A stretch of 64,000 nucleotides of DNA. It comes from Leucoraja erinacea. Its lineage: Eukaryota. The stretch covers positions 22,630,001 to 22,694,000 of the forward strand of contig NC_073401.1 in assembly GCF_028641065.1 (NCBI RefSeq), in the 5' to 3' direction. The position numbers and the translations under genes are program-made. The notes under the pieces were generated by a model. It was given only the letters and a program-made list of their open reading frames with translations, was not told the origin of the DNA and searched no databases. Of this stretch, positions 9,901 to 24,900 are shown piece by piece (position 1 is the stretch's first letter; every line of letters begins with the position of its first letter).

Positions 9901-12900
9901 CTCCTGGAGGCACTGCAACCTGATGAGGACGCTGTTTTCTTTATCTGTGATTCCCACAGACCTGTTGATGTCATTAATGTATATAATGATACACAGGTAT
10001 GTCTGCCAGACATTGACAAAAGCTTGTGATAACTGGCCTTTTTATGTGTGAAATATTGGACTTTGTCTTATTTTTATTTCCTGTTCCTTTCATGTACAAC
10101 CTTCTTTGCCTTGAATGCATTTTTCAAAATTAAGCATGCTATTTTAGGGAATGAAATTATTTTACACTCGGTATGTTAAGAATTTTCAGTGGAATAGTTT
10201 GAACCAAACTAGAAGTCTCTCCTCTCTGAGGAGAAACTGGAGCTTCCCTCTCTTCTGCCTGGAAGTATATTCTAACCCCGTTCTTGGAAGGACCCCAACT
10301 GCATTGATGTTATGATTTACTGACCTGTCCACCTTTTGCAGTGAAGCTACCAATAATCCTCTCCATATGGTAATGACATTTCAGTTTGATGTTTTGTGGG
10401 AAAATACAACGTGTGAGGAACACTGCTGTTGGAAAGTGTTGATGCTCTACGTGATGTGTAAAGAATTATTTTTATCCACTATGCAATTACAGCAAGAAGA
10501 AAACATGGGGTTAATGTTCAAATTGGAATGGGAAATTCAGCAAAAATAATTGAGGGCTATAGTTGTGTGGTGTTCCCAACTAATTTTATCTTGTCATTGA
10601 AATTGGAGCAGATAGTGATAGGAGCCATTCGGCCTGTCAAGCCTACAGCCATTCAATCATGGCTGATCTGTCTTTCCTTCTTAACTCCATGCTCCTGCCT
10701 TCTCCCCATAACCCCTGACACCCGTACTAATTAAGAATCTGTCAATCTCTGCCTTAAAAAAAAAAAAATTGGATAATTTATTGCATCCATTCAAACTAAT
10801 TCCCAAGGGGTTGGATCAGCCGACGCATAATTGCCATTTAAAGTGCATGTAACCTGGATGTGATTTCCTACGGTATGTGCAATTCGTCTTCATCCTTCGC
10901 GAAATACCCAAGATGACTAAGAAATCCATTCGTTCTAGATATTGAGCACTCTGTGATTCCAAAGAACTGATGTTATCTGGGAGTTTTTGCTGAGACTAGA
11001 GCTAAGCTAAGGGGCTCCAGCTTTTGTCACTTGTCCCTTGATACAGATTGACGAAGTTCAGAAGAAAGTCGCAGCTGATTTATTTTTATGTAGGAACCAA
11101 ATGGCCCTCTCAACTCCGATATCCTGAGTCGGCCTTGTTCAAGCAACATCTATGTGGCAGGAGAGACGAAGGTGGTGTGTGTCTTTGGTAGAAAATCTGA
11201 AGCATCTTGGTTGTCAAAACCCATCACTCCAGTACGGTGTGGTAATATAATTGGGAGAGTATATCCACAAATCAGTTTAATTAGTAGTCTGTTCCAGTTG
11301 GTGCAGTTATGGCATCGTATTAGGATTTGTGTTTTCAGCAAATGGTGTTTAATTTCCCTTGTCCATGTGTTGTTAGTGATCATTGCATCTATAATGCTCT
11401 GCACCTGTTCATCCACATATGTGCAAATTAATATCCAAGTTCTGATCCTTTAACTGGCACCATGCCATTATTCGACAGCAATGCTGGAAATGTTTGTGGT
11501 GTGTATGCAGAGATGTCCAAAAAAGCACCACTGGAGAAGCTTTACACACATGGACAAGTGGTGAAGGGAAGATGTTGTATTTTTTACTATGAGGATAGCA
11601 ACATCTTTCTAACTACTAAGACCTGGCATGTACCCACTGCCAACTAACGCAGAGTAGTGTTGTCCTTTGAATACATGCATGCAGTACTTTGATCAAAAAG
11701 TGTGTAAATTATCAGAAACGTCTGAAAAACAGAGCAAGGAAGGTTTAGAAAATTACAAATTTCCAGAAAGCATAAATTTAAAGGGAAATTAATACAGCGA
11801 ACGGTGGGATGATGCCTTTTAGATGGAGAATTAAGATCTAATGTGAACTACATGGAGTTTTGCTAAATTTATAAGTTGTTGGGTGGATGTTAGTTGGTGC
11901 AACAGTTGTGGTGAGGAAGCAGATTTCCCTCACTAGAATGGAACAAAAGAATATAATTTACAATTATGTGAGATAAGAAAAAGCCATGATTGTGCTGTTG
12001 CTGTTTAAATGGTTAGGACACATTTGATCAAAATCTTTAACAGACAACATGCAATGAAATTCTTTTCATTGCTAGGAAGGCCGGCAATAAAGGAAAACTG
12101 ATTTAAAGTAACTTCTCAATATCCCCTTTTGGGTTATTTAAAAGCTATGTAATGCATTATCAAGAAAGGTGGTGAAAACAGGTTCAGCAGTCATTTTTGA
12201 AAGGATAAATACCTGAAAGAGAATTGTGCAAGGCTACAATGTACTCGGGGAATTAAAACTAATTGGTATAGCCCTTTTGAAAGGTTGGCATAGATAAATG
12301 GGCCGAGTGGTAGACATTGTAGAGATTCACTGTTTTTGTTTAATAACAATCACCTTTTCATAATTAGTAGCTTCCCTTGTGAAATTGAACAAATTGCTTT
12401 GTTTATTCAAAGATTTTCTCAAGATTTTAACATAACTGAAATTAATTTACGATGTTAGTAGCTCTTCTGGAATCTAATGTATCATTAAGTGTGGAACTGG
12501 TTGTTAAAAATGTGGCACTTAAATGGAAGGCAAAAGTGCATGTTGCCCATTCATTTACCTCCCTCTCGGGTCTAGAGTCTCCAACAATGGGTCGATTTCA
12601 TCAAAATAGTTTAGATATCGGCAATCACAAGACTTTAACGTCCCATAGAAATGTTAATTTACCTTACTTCAGAACTTTATAAAGCAGGTTAAAGCATGCT
12701 AAAAGTTAATAGTGTGGATAATATTTTATCTTCTAGATTAAACTGCTGATTAAACAGGATGATGATCTTGGTATCCCTGCATATGATGACATCTTCAGGG
12801 ATGATGAAGAAGATGAAGATTCAGAAGATACTGGAAATGAAAGTGAAGGATCAGAACCTACGGGGAAGCGCAGGCGCATGGATGAGGTGATGAATTGTGA

Positions 12901-15900
12901 CCACTGTGTGTAAAGGTTGTTCTGAATGTATTTTATGGGAGAGTTGACTTGACCTGAAGTATGAGTAGCGAACGAGAGAGAAGTAAATGGGTTGAGGAAC
13001 CTGTGAGTCTGTTGATTGAGGGGTCATGGGCATTAAGCCCCAGGGATGGAAGCTTATGGTCTGAAATTTGGATGTTTGGTTATCTGGTGTGAGATTAAGA
13101 CCTGAGACTTTAGCGCTTGTGAGGATGTGGTTCATGGTCAAAGACCTTATTTGGCAAGTTGAGACTCTGCCCATCACCACATCCCTGGCCGTTTCAAGGC
13201 CAGGCCCACCAATGGCGAAGCCACCACCAACCCATACCTTCACTCCGGCTGCCTGTGGGAGAGAGTCATTCACTCTACCAATCCTCACCCACCCCCTACT
13301 CGGCTGACGGCAGGCTGGGGTAGTCGATTCGTCTGAGTTCCAGGCCAAGTTCTAGGCTGGGGACCTCCACACTGACTGTACCAACTGTGTCGCGTTTATT
13401 GATTCATTCTGCCAGGAACCCCCTTCCAACAGGCAACGTTGATACCACTGTGTCCTACTGCTCTTCCCCCTATTCCAATAATGCCACTTCTCCTACCCTA
13501 CACCATGCCTACTTCTCTGCACCTTCATCCATCCTTTTGGCCCTCATTCTGATGCAAAACAGTCAGCCCTTCGCAGAGGCTTTGGCTTTGTTCCTCACGC
13601 CCTCACCTCAACTAGTTCCAAGATCACCATGATGTTGAGCTCATCTTCCTTCACCTCTGCCTCTGGGCCTTTTTCTCTGGTAAGGAGTCCTCCATGCCCA
13701 GTGACGGCCACTTCCCCCATCTCCATCTTTCCTCCTCTTCATGGACTGTCCCTGCCAGCCTTTTCTTACTTGTTTTATGTTAAAGATGTGGCCATGGACA
13801 CTCGCATGGTCCCCAGTTATATCTGTCTATTTGTCGGTTATATCAAACAGTCCTTGTTCCATAAGAACACTGGCACCATCACCCAACTCTATCTCAGCTA
13901 CTTCGCCGACTGCATCGAGGCTGCTCCTGCACCCTGTGCAGAACTCATCGATTTTATTAACTTTACCACTAACTTTAACCTGCCCCCAAATTCACTTGGA
14001 CTATCTCTGACACCTTACTCCCCTTTCTTGATCTCTCAGCCTGTCCCATATGATGGAGGCAATCAACTGTCTGTCACGTTGTCCCCCACCCCTGAGGGGG
14101 GAAACGAGGATAGAGATTCCCTGTTCTCTCCTTTCACCCCACTAGTCTCCACATTCAACACATCAGCGTATGACATCTCCACTCCTCCAGTATGATCCCT
14201 CCATCAGTCACACATTCTCATCCCCACCCCTTTCTGCCTTCCACAGAGACCACTCCCTATGCAACTCTTCAGTTTCTTCATTCATTCACACCCAAACCAC
14301 CCCTTCCCATAGTACTTTCCCATGCACCAAAGTAAATGTAACACCTGTCCCTGTACCTCCTCCCTCGCCTCCATCCAGGAACCCCAGCTGTCCTTCCAGG
14401 TGAAACGGAGATTTACATGCAGCTCCTCTAACCTTATCTACTGCATTTGGTGTTCCCGATGTGGACTGCTGTACATTGGTGAGACCGAGCATAGACTCGA
14501 TGACCATTTTGCTGACTACTGTACTGACCTTTCTGTTCTAGGTTGACTCCATTGCCAGAGTGAAGCCACATGCAGACTGGATGAACAGTGCCTCATATCC
14601 CGCTTTGGGTAGCTTACAACTCAACAGCATCTATAAATTATCCAATTTTAGATAGTCACAACACTCTCATTTCTTTCTCTCTTTTCTCCCCCCCCCCTCT
14701 CTCTCTCTTCCTTGTGCCCCACCTGGACTTGCACTTATTTCTCCCCTCCCCTTCAACTTGCATTGTTTTCTTGAGCTTCACAATTTGCAACTCTGAAATC
14801 ATTTTATTTCTCATTCTTCCTTCTGTCTTTTGATTTTTGGTCCTTCTCCAGCCATCTGGATATCAAAAAAAAAAAACCCTCACCTGTTACTTCCCATGCC
14901 TTGTCTTGCCCCTCTCTTCCAGCTCCCTATCCAATCCCCACAAAGTCTGACGAAGCTTCTCCACCCAAATCATCACCAATCCATGTTCTACGGAGAAGTT
15001 GCCTGACCCCTCAGTTACTCCAGCAGTCTGAAGAAGGGTCTCGACCCGAAACATCACCTATTCCTTCACTCAGTAGATGCTGCCTCACCCGCTGAGTTTC
15101 TCCAGCATTTTTGTCTACCAGCATTTTGTATCGTCTTTTTGTAATCCAGCACGTGTAGTTACTTGACTCTGCCCTGCATCCTATATATGGGGATCTGGGA
15201 TGGATATTAGTAGCATTGGGGGTGAGGTCGGTGTATAGTGTTAATGATGGACATTCATGTGATGGTTGGAAGTGATGTTGGTACTGTTTATGGGTGAAAA
15301 ATGATGCAGGGTAAAGTCGAGTTGTTGACTTTCCTTGATAGTGTTTTAATCTGGTACTACACCAAGTTAATAATGGGTGTTCCCATAACAAGTGGTTAAC
15401 GTTCCCCTATGATGCATTATATGTGGGATGATGAGAGTTGTACAAATTGCCAAGAGTAATTCATGTCTGGACATGCCTGGTCTATTTTCCAGAATGTTGC
15501 AAATTAATAAAAAATTATGACAATTGAGTTTATTTCACAGCAATCTGGTTTCTGTTCTGATCCAGTCGCAAAATAATTTGTAGAATTGAAATTCTGAGCA
15601 ACAATATCCAGAGTTTGTGTATTTTGTTTTATATGTAATCTTATCCATTTCCGCATAGTGTAGGGTGGTGGTGGGAGGGTAAAGAGATGTGGAGAGGTGG
15701 AAATGTTGCACAATCTGGTACTGAATCATGTAGGCCCAAGATATTTCCAGATTCAATCTGTCTCTGCTAATTACCCGGTCTGAATGTTTATATTGGAGCA
15801 GTCTTTTAGCTTTATAATTACTTAACATGAAGAACGTTAATTCATATGTGTGACTGTTAGCGATGATCATTTTTGCTTTCTTTTGATGTCATTAACAGTT

Positions 15901-18900
15901 TGGTGGCCCTTTGCCAAATACTGCTGTTTAACCCAAAAAGAAATGATAAAAAGCAGTTATGAACATTTAGTACCTAACCCGTGTTATTGCATCAAGGCAC
16001 ATTACTTTCAGGAGAATAGAACATTGGGAAACTTTGTTTCACTTGAATTCGTGTAAAGATATTATTAGAGAAAAATCCAGCCAAAGTAGCATGGAGAAAC
16101 TTAAATTTTTTAATTAAAAAAAAAATTTAAAATACTCAGTCAAAAATGAGTCGAAGGGAGATGAATCATTCTAGCTGACTTTGTCTTATTTTTATTGCAC
16201 CATGCTTGATGAAAAAGTTACTATCTAGTGCAATTCCAATTCCCAGCAGTGCTGGTGATGGTTTGTCATGTGTGAAAATAAATGTCAAAATAGATTTATT
16301 GATGGGCTATTATTACAATCTTTTAAAAAAATATTATTGTGTTCTAGGGGACCATGGAGAGGAGAATAGATCGAAGACGCCAGCGCCGTGAATGGGAGGA
16401 GCGCAGGTACTGGTTATTGCAATTAGCTTTCATAGGTGTCAAAATTTGTGCTGTTCTAGCCATAAACTGTACGTTTAAACAAAATGTTCTGTTCGGTATA
16501 AGTATGTGAGTTAAACAAAGAGTAGCTTGTTCTCAGCTGCCTCTTTGTGAATCAACAGGCTTGTTTGCTACTTTATATATTTCGCCACTCTCAATTATCC
16601 TGCACATATAACAATCCTCCCCATGCCAGACCCCAGCACATACCTGAAGTTGAGGTGCTTTCCAAATGAAGGTAAAATTGAGACCAATTCAGTCCATGCT
16701 ACTGTCACCTACCCTTCAGTTTGTGCCATTAAGTACCCATCTACATTGCGTGGGGTGTGGAGAATGCTTCATGCTCTCTATAGTGTTGTTGCGTATTTTG
16801 TATACATAATTCGCAGTCCCATTCGGCTCCTTGACTCAATAAACATGCTTGTCTATCCAGTCTCTCCTTGTTAATGGAGCATTCCTTCCCAGGCAATATC
16901 CTGCTAAATCTCCTTTCTATGTGTACTCTTAACTGGATTGCAATGCTTTGTTTTCCCATTGGCTCTTCATTTTTATTTGATTTTGCTTTGACAATGATGG
17001 TGAATGGTGGTTAAACATTGCTTTATATTACATCGATGCTGAGGGCATCTTGTAATTCTCATCATTTCCTCTTTGGCAGTATCTTGGTTCATCTTAAAAT
17101 AGATTACATTTTGCGCAGGTCATCTCATAAAATATTTTTAGTTGTCTGCACTTTTGTTTTTTTTAATGACAAAGTACCTTGTCCCTCCCATTCCTCACCA
17201 TCTACTCTTTTCTGGTCGAATTTATTCCTTGCTTTAATAATGCAACATACTTTTATGAAGTGCCTTAATACAAAATGTCCCAAAATTCCTAATGGTGCAG
17301 CATTGGTTAAAAAGCACTCTTGGCATAATGCAGAACTCAGTTTCCTTACACTTCCCATTTCACCTTAACTGCCCTGAACTCATCCCCACTGCCGTTGAAA
17401 CCCTCATCTACATTGAATATGCAAAAGCTCTCTGCTTGGCCTCTCCTTTTAGACTTTGCATAAATGTGCTTAGCTAAGAGTTTATTCAAAGATGTGGGTT
17501 GCAAGTGGCATCTTTAATGGCAGTTGTGGTATCTGAAACCCTGGCCATCGCTATTGCAACTGAAGTTAAAACTGGGAACCACAGATCTACATTGCTGGGC
17601 TAGAAAATGTTCAAGATGACAAAGGATAAGATTGTGCAGGGATTTACATTGGGATTGGAAAAAGTTTAGTTTTGCCTGACCAGGAGCCTGTGGTGTTTAG
17701 TAAGCTCGGGTGTGTTGTGCAAGTGGGACTTGGAGTAAAATAAAGGAGAGAGCAGCAGAATCAAGGAAGAATGTTTATGTGGATTAGAAAATGGAAACTT
17801 CAGAAGGACATTGGCCTCAAAATAACAGAGGCGTGTATAACTATTTTAGAAACTGAGTTGGTTAGGGGTAGTGTGTGATGTTGTGCTATGCAGGAGAATG
17901 TGGATACTTGGCAATTAAATGGCTGTTGTCAAAAGCTCACATAAGGGTCAAAGCAACACCTACAGGCACTTACCAAGAATGGAAGTGATGGGCAACAAAC
18001 TGACTTTGTAACAGAAGTAAACCCCGGGGCTTCTGCCTTCCAGATACTTAGTTGGCTTGTAGATTACGAGAATACGTCTAGCACATACCCTTGTGTGACA
18101 CATGCATTTTGCAAACTAAGTTGCAAATAAAGTTTTGTTTTTACATTACGAAGTGGGAACATTTGGCCTTGCCAGAATTATTTGTCAATAACTTTTCAAA
18201 ATAATGTTTATTTGTAAAGTTTAATGTTATGTAATGAAATCATTCGTGGGGACTGATTAGCATGAATATAAGAATGGATTCAATAATGGAATGAACGTAG
18301 TATTTTGAGTGACAGTTAGATTTGAATGTGATGTTCTGGGTAGAATGAGTGTCAGATTTTAGTTAAAGAAGTCGTGGCTAGATTGTTAACAATCAAACTT
18401 CTGTGTCTTTTACAGGCGAGAGATTTTATTTGAATATGAGCAATATGAATACCATGGGACTTCGGTATGTATTTGTAATCATTGGAAACTTACATGTACC
18501 GTTTAGCTGTTTATATTTTTCAACAAAAAAAATCTTTATTTTCTCTGAAATTATACTATTCTGTGTCATTATTCAGTGCCTCTTGAGGATGATAGAAATT
18601 ACTGTTTTGATCAATGCCCTCAAAATGGAACTGCATTCTCGTATGATTAAGTAATTTGCAGTGGTGAGGCTGAGAGATACAACATCGAAACAGGCCCTGG
18701 CTGACTAAGGGGCTTGTCCCAATTGGCGATCCCTTTTTATTATTTTATTTATTTATTTCCGATGACTGCCGGTGTCATATCAATGTCGCCAAAAGATTTT
18801 GAACATTTCAAAATCCAGCGGCGACATAAAAATGACACTTGAAAAAGTCAATACGTCATCACGCAGCGTCACCGTTGAATCACGGCGCAAATTTTTCGCT

Positions 18901-21900
18901 GACCTGATATGTCAGTCAAAGATGCCGGCATTCGCCGAAAAAAATTGCCAAGTGGGGCAAGTCCCTTAGTGATCATCAGTACATTAGTTCTATGTCCAAC
19001 ACACCTGGGACAATTTACAGAAGTCAATTAACCAACAAACTTTCATGTCTTGCAAGGAAACTGGAGCCACCAGAGAAAACCCATGCGGTCACAGGGAAAA
19101 CATGCAAACTCCACACACAGCATCCGTAGTCAGGATCAAACCCAGGTCTTGAGCTGTGAGGCAGCAACTCTATTGCTGAACCATTGTGCCACCCTTTTTC
19201 ATTTTTCTTTCCTCGCATGGTGGGATTTACTGCAGAATTCAGAAAATAGTTATATTTAGGAGATAGTACATTTGATTCATAAGCAAAGTACTTGCATCAC
19301 ACTGCTTCCCTTTTAAAAGGGGGAAATCAACCCTGTTGTATGCATTGGTACATTCTTCTCCCAACTTGTTCAATCTCATTTAAGTTCCATAATCAACAGC
19401 ATTTCAGTGTAACGTAAACATCTACTTGACAATTCTGAATGCCTTGATACGCATGCGCTGATGCTGATCCTACCTTGAGTGTCATGTATGACCAGAGTAA
19501 GCTTTGTTTTATACCTTGGGCCTCTAGGTATTCTCAACCTCCATTGGCACATTGTGGTTCCTGCATGTATTGTTCACTAAATTCACTGCTGCGTTTTGTC
19601 AAGGCAATTTTGGCACCTTTGAAATTTGCAACGTACCACCTAAAAGCACCAAGGAAGACTGGCCTTGAAAACACAACCATTTGCAGGTTCCTCACTGATT
19701 AGTGATGTAGAGATTCTATTAGTACTTCCTACCGTTCAACTTTCTGGAAATATCTTCAAAAATGTGGTTCAATTCTATTTCCCAAGGATTTTTTTTTGTG
19801 CGTTGGACACCAATTTTCTCTTACCAACATCGTGTAGGTTTTTTTTTTTAAATAATTATTTTGTTTAAATATATGGCAACCAGTATTTGCTTGAACATTT
19901 TCATTAATTTATATTTTCTTTACATACACTCCGTTTCGGTTTAGACAGGAAGACCAGCATATTTGCACTTCTGTATCCATTTTCCTTTCATGCCTCGGTT
20001 CTTGTACAATTTGTTCAGTCACTGCAGAGAAGCTTAGCATGACACTCAGATAACAAAGCACGGGAATAAATTGTGCTTTAGCCTTCATTGCTGACGTACA
20101 TCAGAGATCATGAGTGAATATCCATCAAGGAAGTAAATTCTTTAGCGCTAGATTGTTCTGGGGAGTTGCTAATCTTCAAATGCTTGATAGGCATGGCTTG
20201 CCATCCTTGTATATCACTCTTCATATAATTACAAACTGTTAACATTTACTCAAGCTGTCCGGAAAGCTATTTAATAGAACTCCGTATTGTTCCTTGGGGT
20301 GATAAAGGGCTCTTTATGAGGATTCCATTTTATTTGTTTTTGGTATGCATTGATTTTTGTTTTGTATATCTTTTATATATACACAACCATTTGCAGGTTG
20401 TAGTTCTATTAATTAGCTTTCCAGACAGCTTGAGTGAATGTTGACAGTTTGTAACTGTGAAGAGTGATATGCAAGGATGGCAAGCCATGCCTATCAAGCG
20501 TTTGAAGATTAACAACTCCCCAGAACAATCTAGTGGTAAAGAATTTACTTCCTTGATGGATCTTCACTTCTTAGCAACTGGAGTGTTGGTCCACAGCAAT
20601 TTCTCCAAAATGATGCAGTGCCAATTAATTCAAAAAAGCAAAGAAACCAATGAGGTAATGAAGACTGCCTACTCGTTTACAATCTTTCCCATCAAATAAT
20701 ATGATCCTTCAAATGAAATTTTGAAAGATTGTATGGAAAAGTATATTGTAATTAAATTGGCTTATAGTCATGGTTTCCTGTGTTCTCTTGCAATGAAAAC
20801 TTTCCGTCCTTTGCAGATGGAAGCAAATTTCCCTTTAAGCATAGTACCACATCCCTCTATTTTAGCATGCACAAACTGATTGCTTGCCTTAAGTTAGCTT
20901 TTTTTCTTTACTCTCTTTGTTTTGATTCCTTTTTTTCACTAAGGCATGTATCTCTATTAAACATGCTATTTGAAATATTTTTTTCACCATATTTGTTCTT
21001 TCCTTCATGTAATTTTCTGTCAATAATCAACGATAAATTTGTTTCTTTTTCTTTCTATTCTATTCAGTTTTATTTTCATACAAAATTGGATTGTTTTATC
21101 TGGAACATCACATGTTGGGGGCAGAACTGATAGAAGTATATAAAATTATAAATAGGCTAGACACTTGAAACCTTTACACTGGGCGGAAATGTCTAGAACT
21201 TGAGGGTATAATTTTAAGGTGTGAGGGGCAAACTTTAGAGTAGATATGTGGGGCAATTTTACATAGAATGGTAGGTGTCTGGAACACGCTGTCATTGGTG
21301 ATGTTGGAGGCAGATACGATAGTGGGATTTAAGAGGCTTTTGAATTGGGACATGGATGAACATGGAATGGAGGGATATAGATCACACGCAGGCAGATATG
21401 AGTTAATCTTGGTATCAAGTTTGGCATGGTCTTTGTTGGCCGAGAAGCTTGTGCTGCACTTTTCTATATTCTATTTGCATTTATTTGTACCAATGTTTTC
21501 CAGTATTTGTTTAACTGTGAAGATGGTATTCTAGATCTGGGTTCAGTAAATTTTGGGGATTCTCCATTGACGTTCTATCACAGAGGTTTTCATGTTCTTG
21601 CGTCATCCCAAACTGCTTTCAACATCAAACAATAGCTTCTGTAGTGCAATTGTTAATTTTATGTAGGTAAAGTTAAAGCAATTTTGTGTACAACAATGTC
21701 ACAGAGTAGTAGAATTGTTGCTGATGGCTGGATCCCAACAGGGCACTGCGAGAGCTCCCTATTCTTTTGACATTGCTTCATTGCCTCATCTGAAAGATGA
21801 CAGCTCTGATAGTACTGCTGTCCTTCTGCAGAATACCAAAATGTTGACTTGAGTGAAGTAATTCAATTAGGGAAATGAGGCAAGGAGCTACAGTTATATG

Positions 21901-24900
21901 TAAGGGTATAATTATTAGGCTGGTGTTTGTAAAGAATGCTGCATAGTTGGAAGCAACATTTTAACCCAAGGCTAATTAATTAATAATCCTGTTGTTTATT
22001 TGCAGTCTGGAATGGTAATATTTGAGCTAGCCTGGATTATGTCCAAGGACTCAAATGATATGTTGTGGTAAGTGCTTTCCATATGTAATAGAAACTTATA
22101 ATAATTACTTGCAGTTTTCTTGACCATATTGTTGTAAAACTTGCAATTTGCCCTAATTCTTGAAGCCGTATTTTGTCTACCTGGTTTTTTTTTTGTTTTG
22201 TTTTTTTAGGTGGGCTATTGTTGGTTTGACGGACCAATGGGTTCATGACAAAATCACACAGTACGTATTCTGAAATGCTTCTGCTTTTTTAGCCTGATAT
22301 CAGCAGGGAAGATTTCCAGATTAAATATGATGTTAATTAAATATTAGTCTGTGTCAATTTGCCTTAACTCAAAGCTGTGAAGAGAACATAAGACATGGAA
22401 GTTTCCATTTCATCAATTTTAAACCGCCCTTATGGCCTCATTTGCATAAATAGGGACCATGCTGACCATCAAACCTTTTAAGGTTGTTTGTGGATATCAG
22501 AATGAAACTTAATTCCAATTATGGTTTGTTCTGCAGCATGAAGTACGTGACAGATGTTGGCATTGTGCAACGTCACGTGTCGAGGCACAATCATCGTAAT
22601 GAAGATGAGGAGAATACACTTTCTATTGATTGCATGAGAATCTCCTTTGACTTTGAGTATCCTTTAATCGGAATGCAACAATCGGAGAAAGATGACCAGT
22701 GAATGTTATTGCTGAAGTTGTAGGTGAATTGCATGTGGATTTTGAAACAACCAGAATTAAACTTAATTCCAATTATGGTTTGTTTCAATTCATTTTCAAT
22801 TTGGTTGATAAATGCTTTTTTGGGTTGCAAATGTTAGCTCAACAGTTCAGGCCTACTCATCATGTTACATAAGTGGCTGTGAAGTTGGACTGTTTTTTAG
22901 CAAGCAGAAAGAAAAATTGGCTTTCAGTTGGTTGACGATCAAGGTTTTATTAGAAGATTTTGATCTAAAAAAATTAGCAGGGGTCAATCGGTAGGTTATG
23001 TTTTTCCTCTGGTTCAAATGATGCCACAGTTTGTACTTTGGAGCAGAAGGAAATAGAATGTTCAACTGAGCACAGAACCAAAGCTCTAAGCCATTATTCA
23101 GTGAAATAGGACAAAATGGCTAGTAATTATTGTTTCTTACCTTTTGGCAATCATAGTATCAATATCTAAAGATGAGATTCTTCAAATAGATCATGAATAG
23201 TTCTGATGTCATTAGTTGGAAGGCCTTTCAATAATCTGACCAGAGTGGGTCTTTGATCTTGGAGATGGATTAGATTTGACTGACAATCCTCAGGAAAACT
23301 ATCTGTAAATTTACATTGTATACATTTACAGTGATGTAATGACGTAAAAGCAATTTTTATCACTCTTTCCCTACCCCCCCTCCCCTCCCTGTTCATTTTA
23401 AGTCTTGTGCATTTTCACTTATTTTTAGTTTAGTGTTGATGTCATTATGTGTTGTAAATGTGAATGCTTTAGTTTTCTTTAACTACAAATCTTGTTCAGT
23501 CTCCGCCTTGCTTTGTATCACCATTGGTCATTGTATGAGAGCATGTGTAACTCCAACTATACCTATGCCAATCTCAAGCTATGGTCCATACAAGGTTTGA
23601 AGAGACTTCAGGAATTCTTAGCAGAAATGGGGTAGGTGAACCCTTTCAAGTTCCACCTTCTAATGATTCAAAACTGTTTTCAAAGGAGCCACTGTTAAAT
23701 TCAAACTGCAGTAAAACTGATAATTCAGCATCCTTGGGACTTTGGTGATTCTGGACTATTGGATGTTACTTCTGATGTTACACATATTGTGACACATTTC
23801 CAATTTACCTTTTTTGCATTGAGGGAATTGTATCTTTAGCCATACTGGTGGGGCTGATATTGTACTATTATTTAAATAATATAGACCAAGAACCTACAGG
23901 CAGGTGACCCTGACATCAGTGGTAGGAAAGTTGCTGAAGAGGATTTTTAGGGGCAGGACCTACCAGCACTCGGATAGGCACGATTTGATTAGGGATAGCT
24001 GGCAGGGCTTTTTGCGTGGGAAATTGTGTCTCACTAACCTGAGTTTTTTTGAGGAGGATTGATGAGGGCATGTTATCTACATCTTCAGCATGGACTTGCA
24101 TGGTAGGCTAGTCTGGAAGATTACATCGCATGAAATCCAAGATGAACGAGCCAATTGGATTTGATATTAACTTGGACGAAGGACTCTAAGGAGAGTGTGG
24201 AGGGTTGTTTTCTAATTTGAGGCCTGTAACCAGTGGTGTGCCGTAGGGGTCAGTGTTGGGTCCAGTGCCGTTTGTTACATGTATTAATGATTTGGGAAAT
24301 ATTGTTATTAACGTTGTTAGTTGATTTGCAGATAACACCTAAATTAGTGGCGTTGGTGATAGTGAGGATGGATATCTACGTTTGCAACGAGATCTAGATC
24401 AGTTGGGGAAATTAATCCAAGGCATGGGAAATGGACTTGAACTCTGACAAGTGTGTGGAGTTGCACTTTGGTTTGTCAAATAAGATCAGGACTTGCACGG
24501 TCAATGGTGGTGCCCTAGCGAATGTTGCAGAACACAGACATTGTAAGTACAAGTGTATGGTTCCCGAATATTGGAAAGTCAGACCGTCTGCTTGCCTGTG
24601 GATAAATGTGAGGTAAAACAGGAAGGCAGATTATTATCTAAATGGTGTAGTTGGGAAAAGGCTAAGTAAAACGGGATCCGGGGGTCTTTGTTCATCAGTA
24701 AATGAAAGTAAGCATGTGTAAAAGCGAATGGTATGTCGGCCTTCCTAACGAGGAGTTGAGTATAGGAGCAAAGAAGTCCTTTGGCAGTTGTACAGGGCCC
24801 TAGTGAGACCACACCTGGAGTATTGTGTGCAGTTTTGGTCTCCAAATTTGAGGAAGGACATTCTTGCTATTGAGGGAGTGCAGCAAAGGTTCACAAGGTT

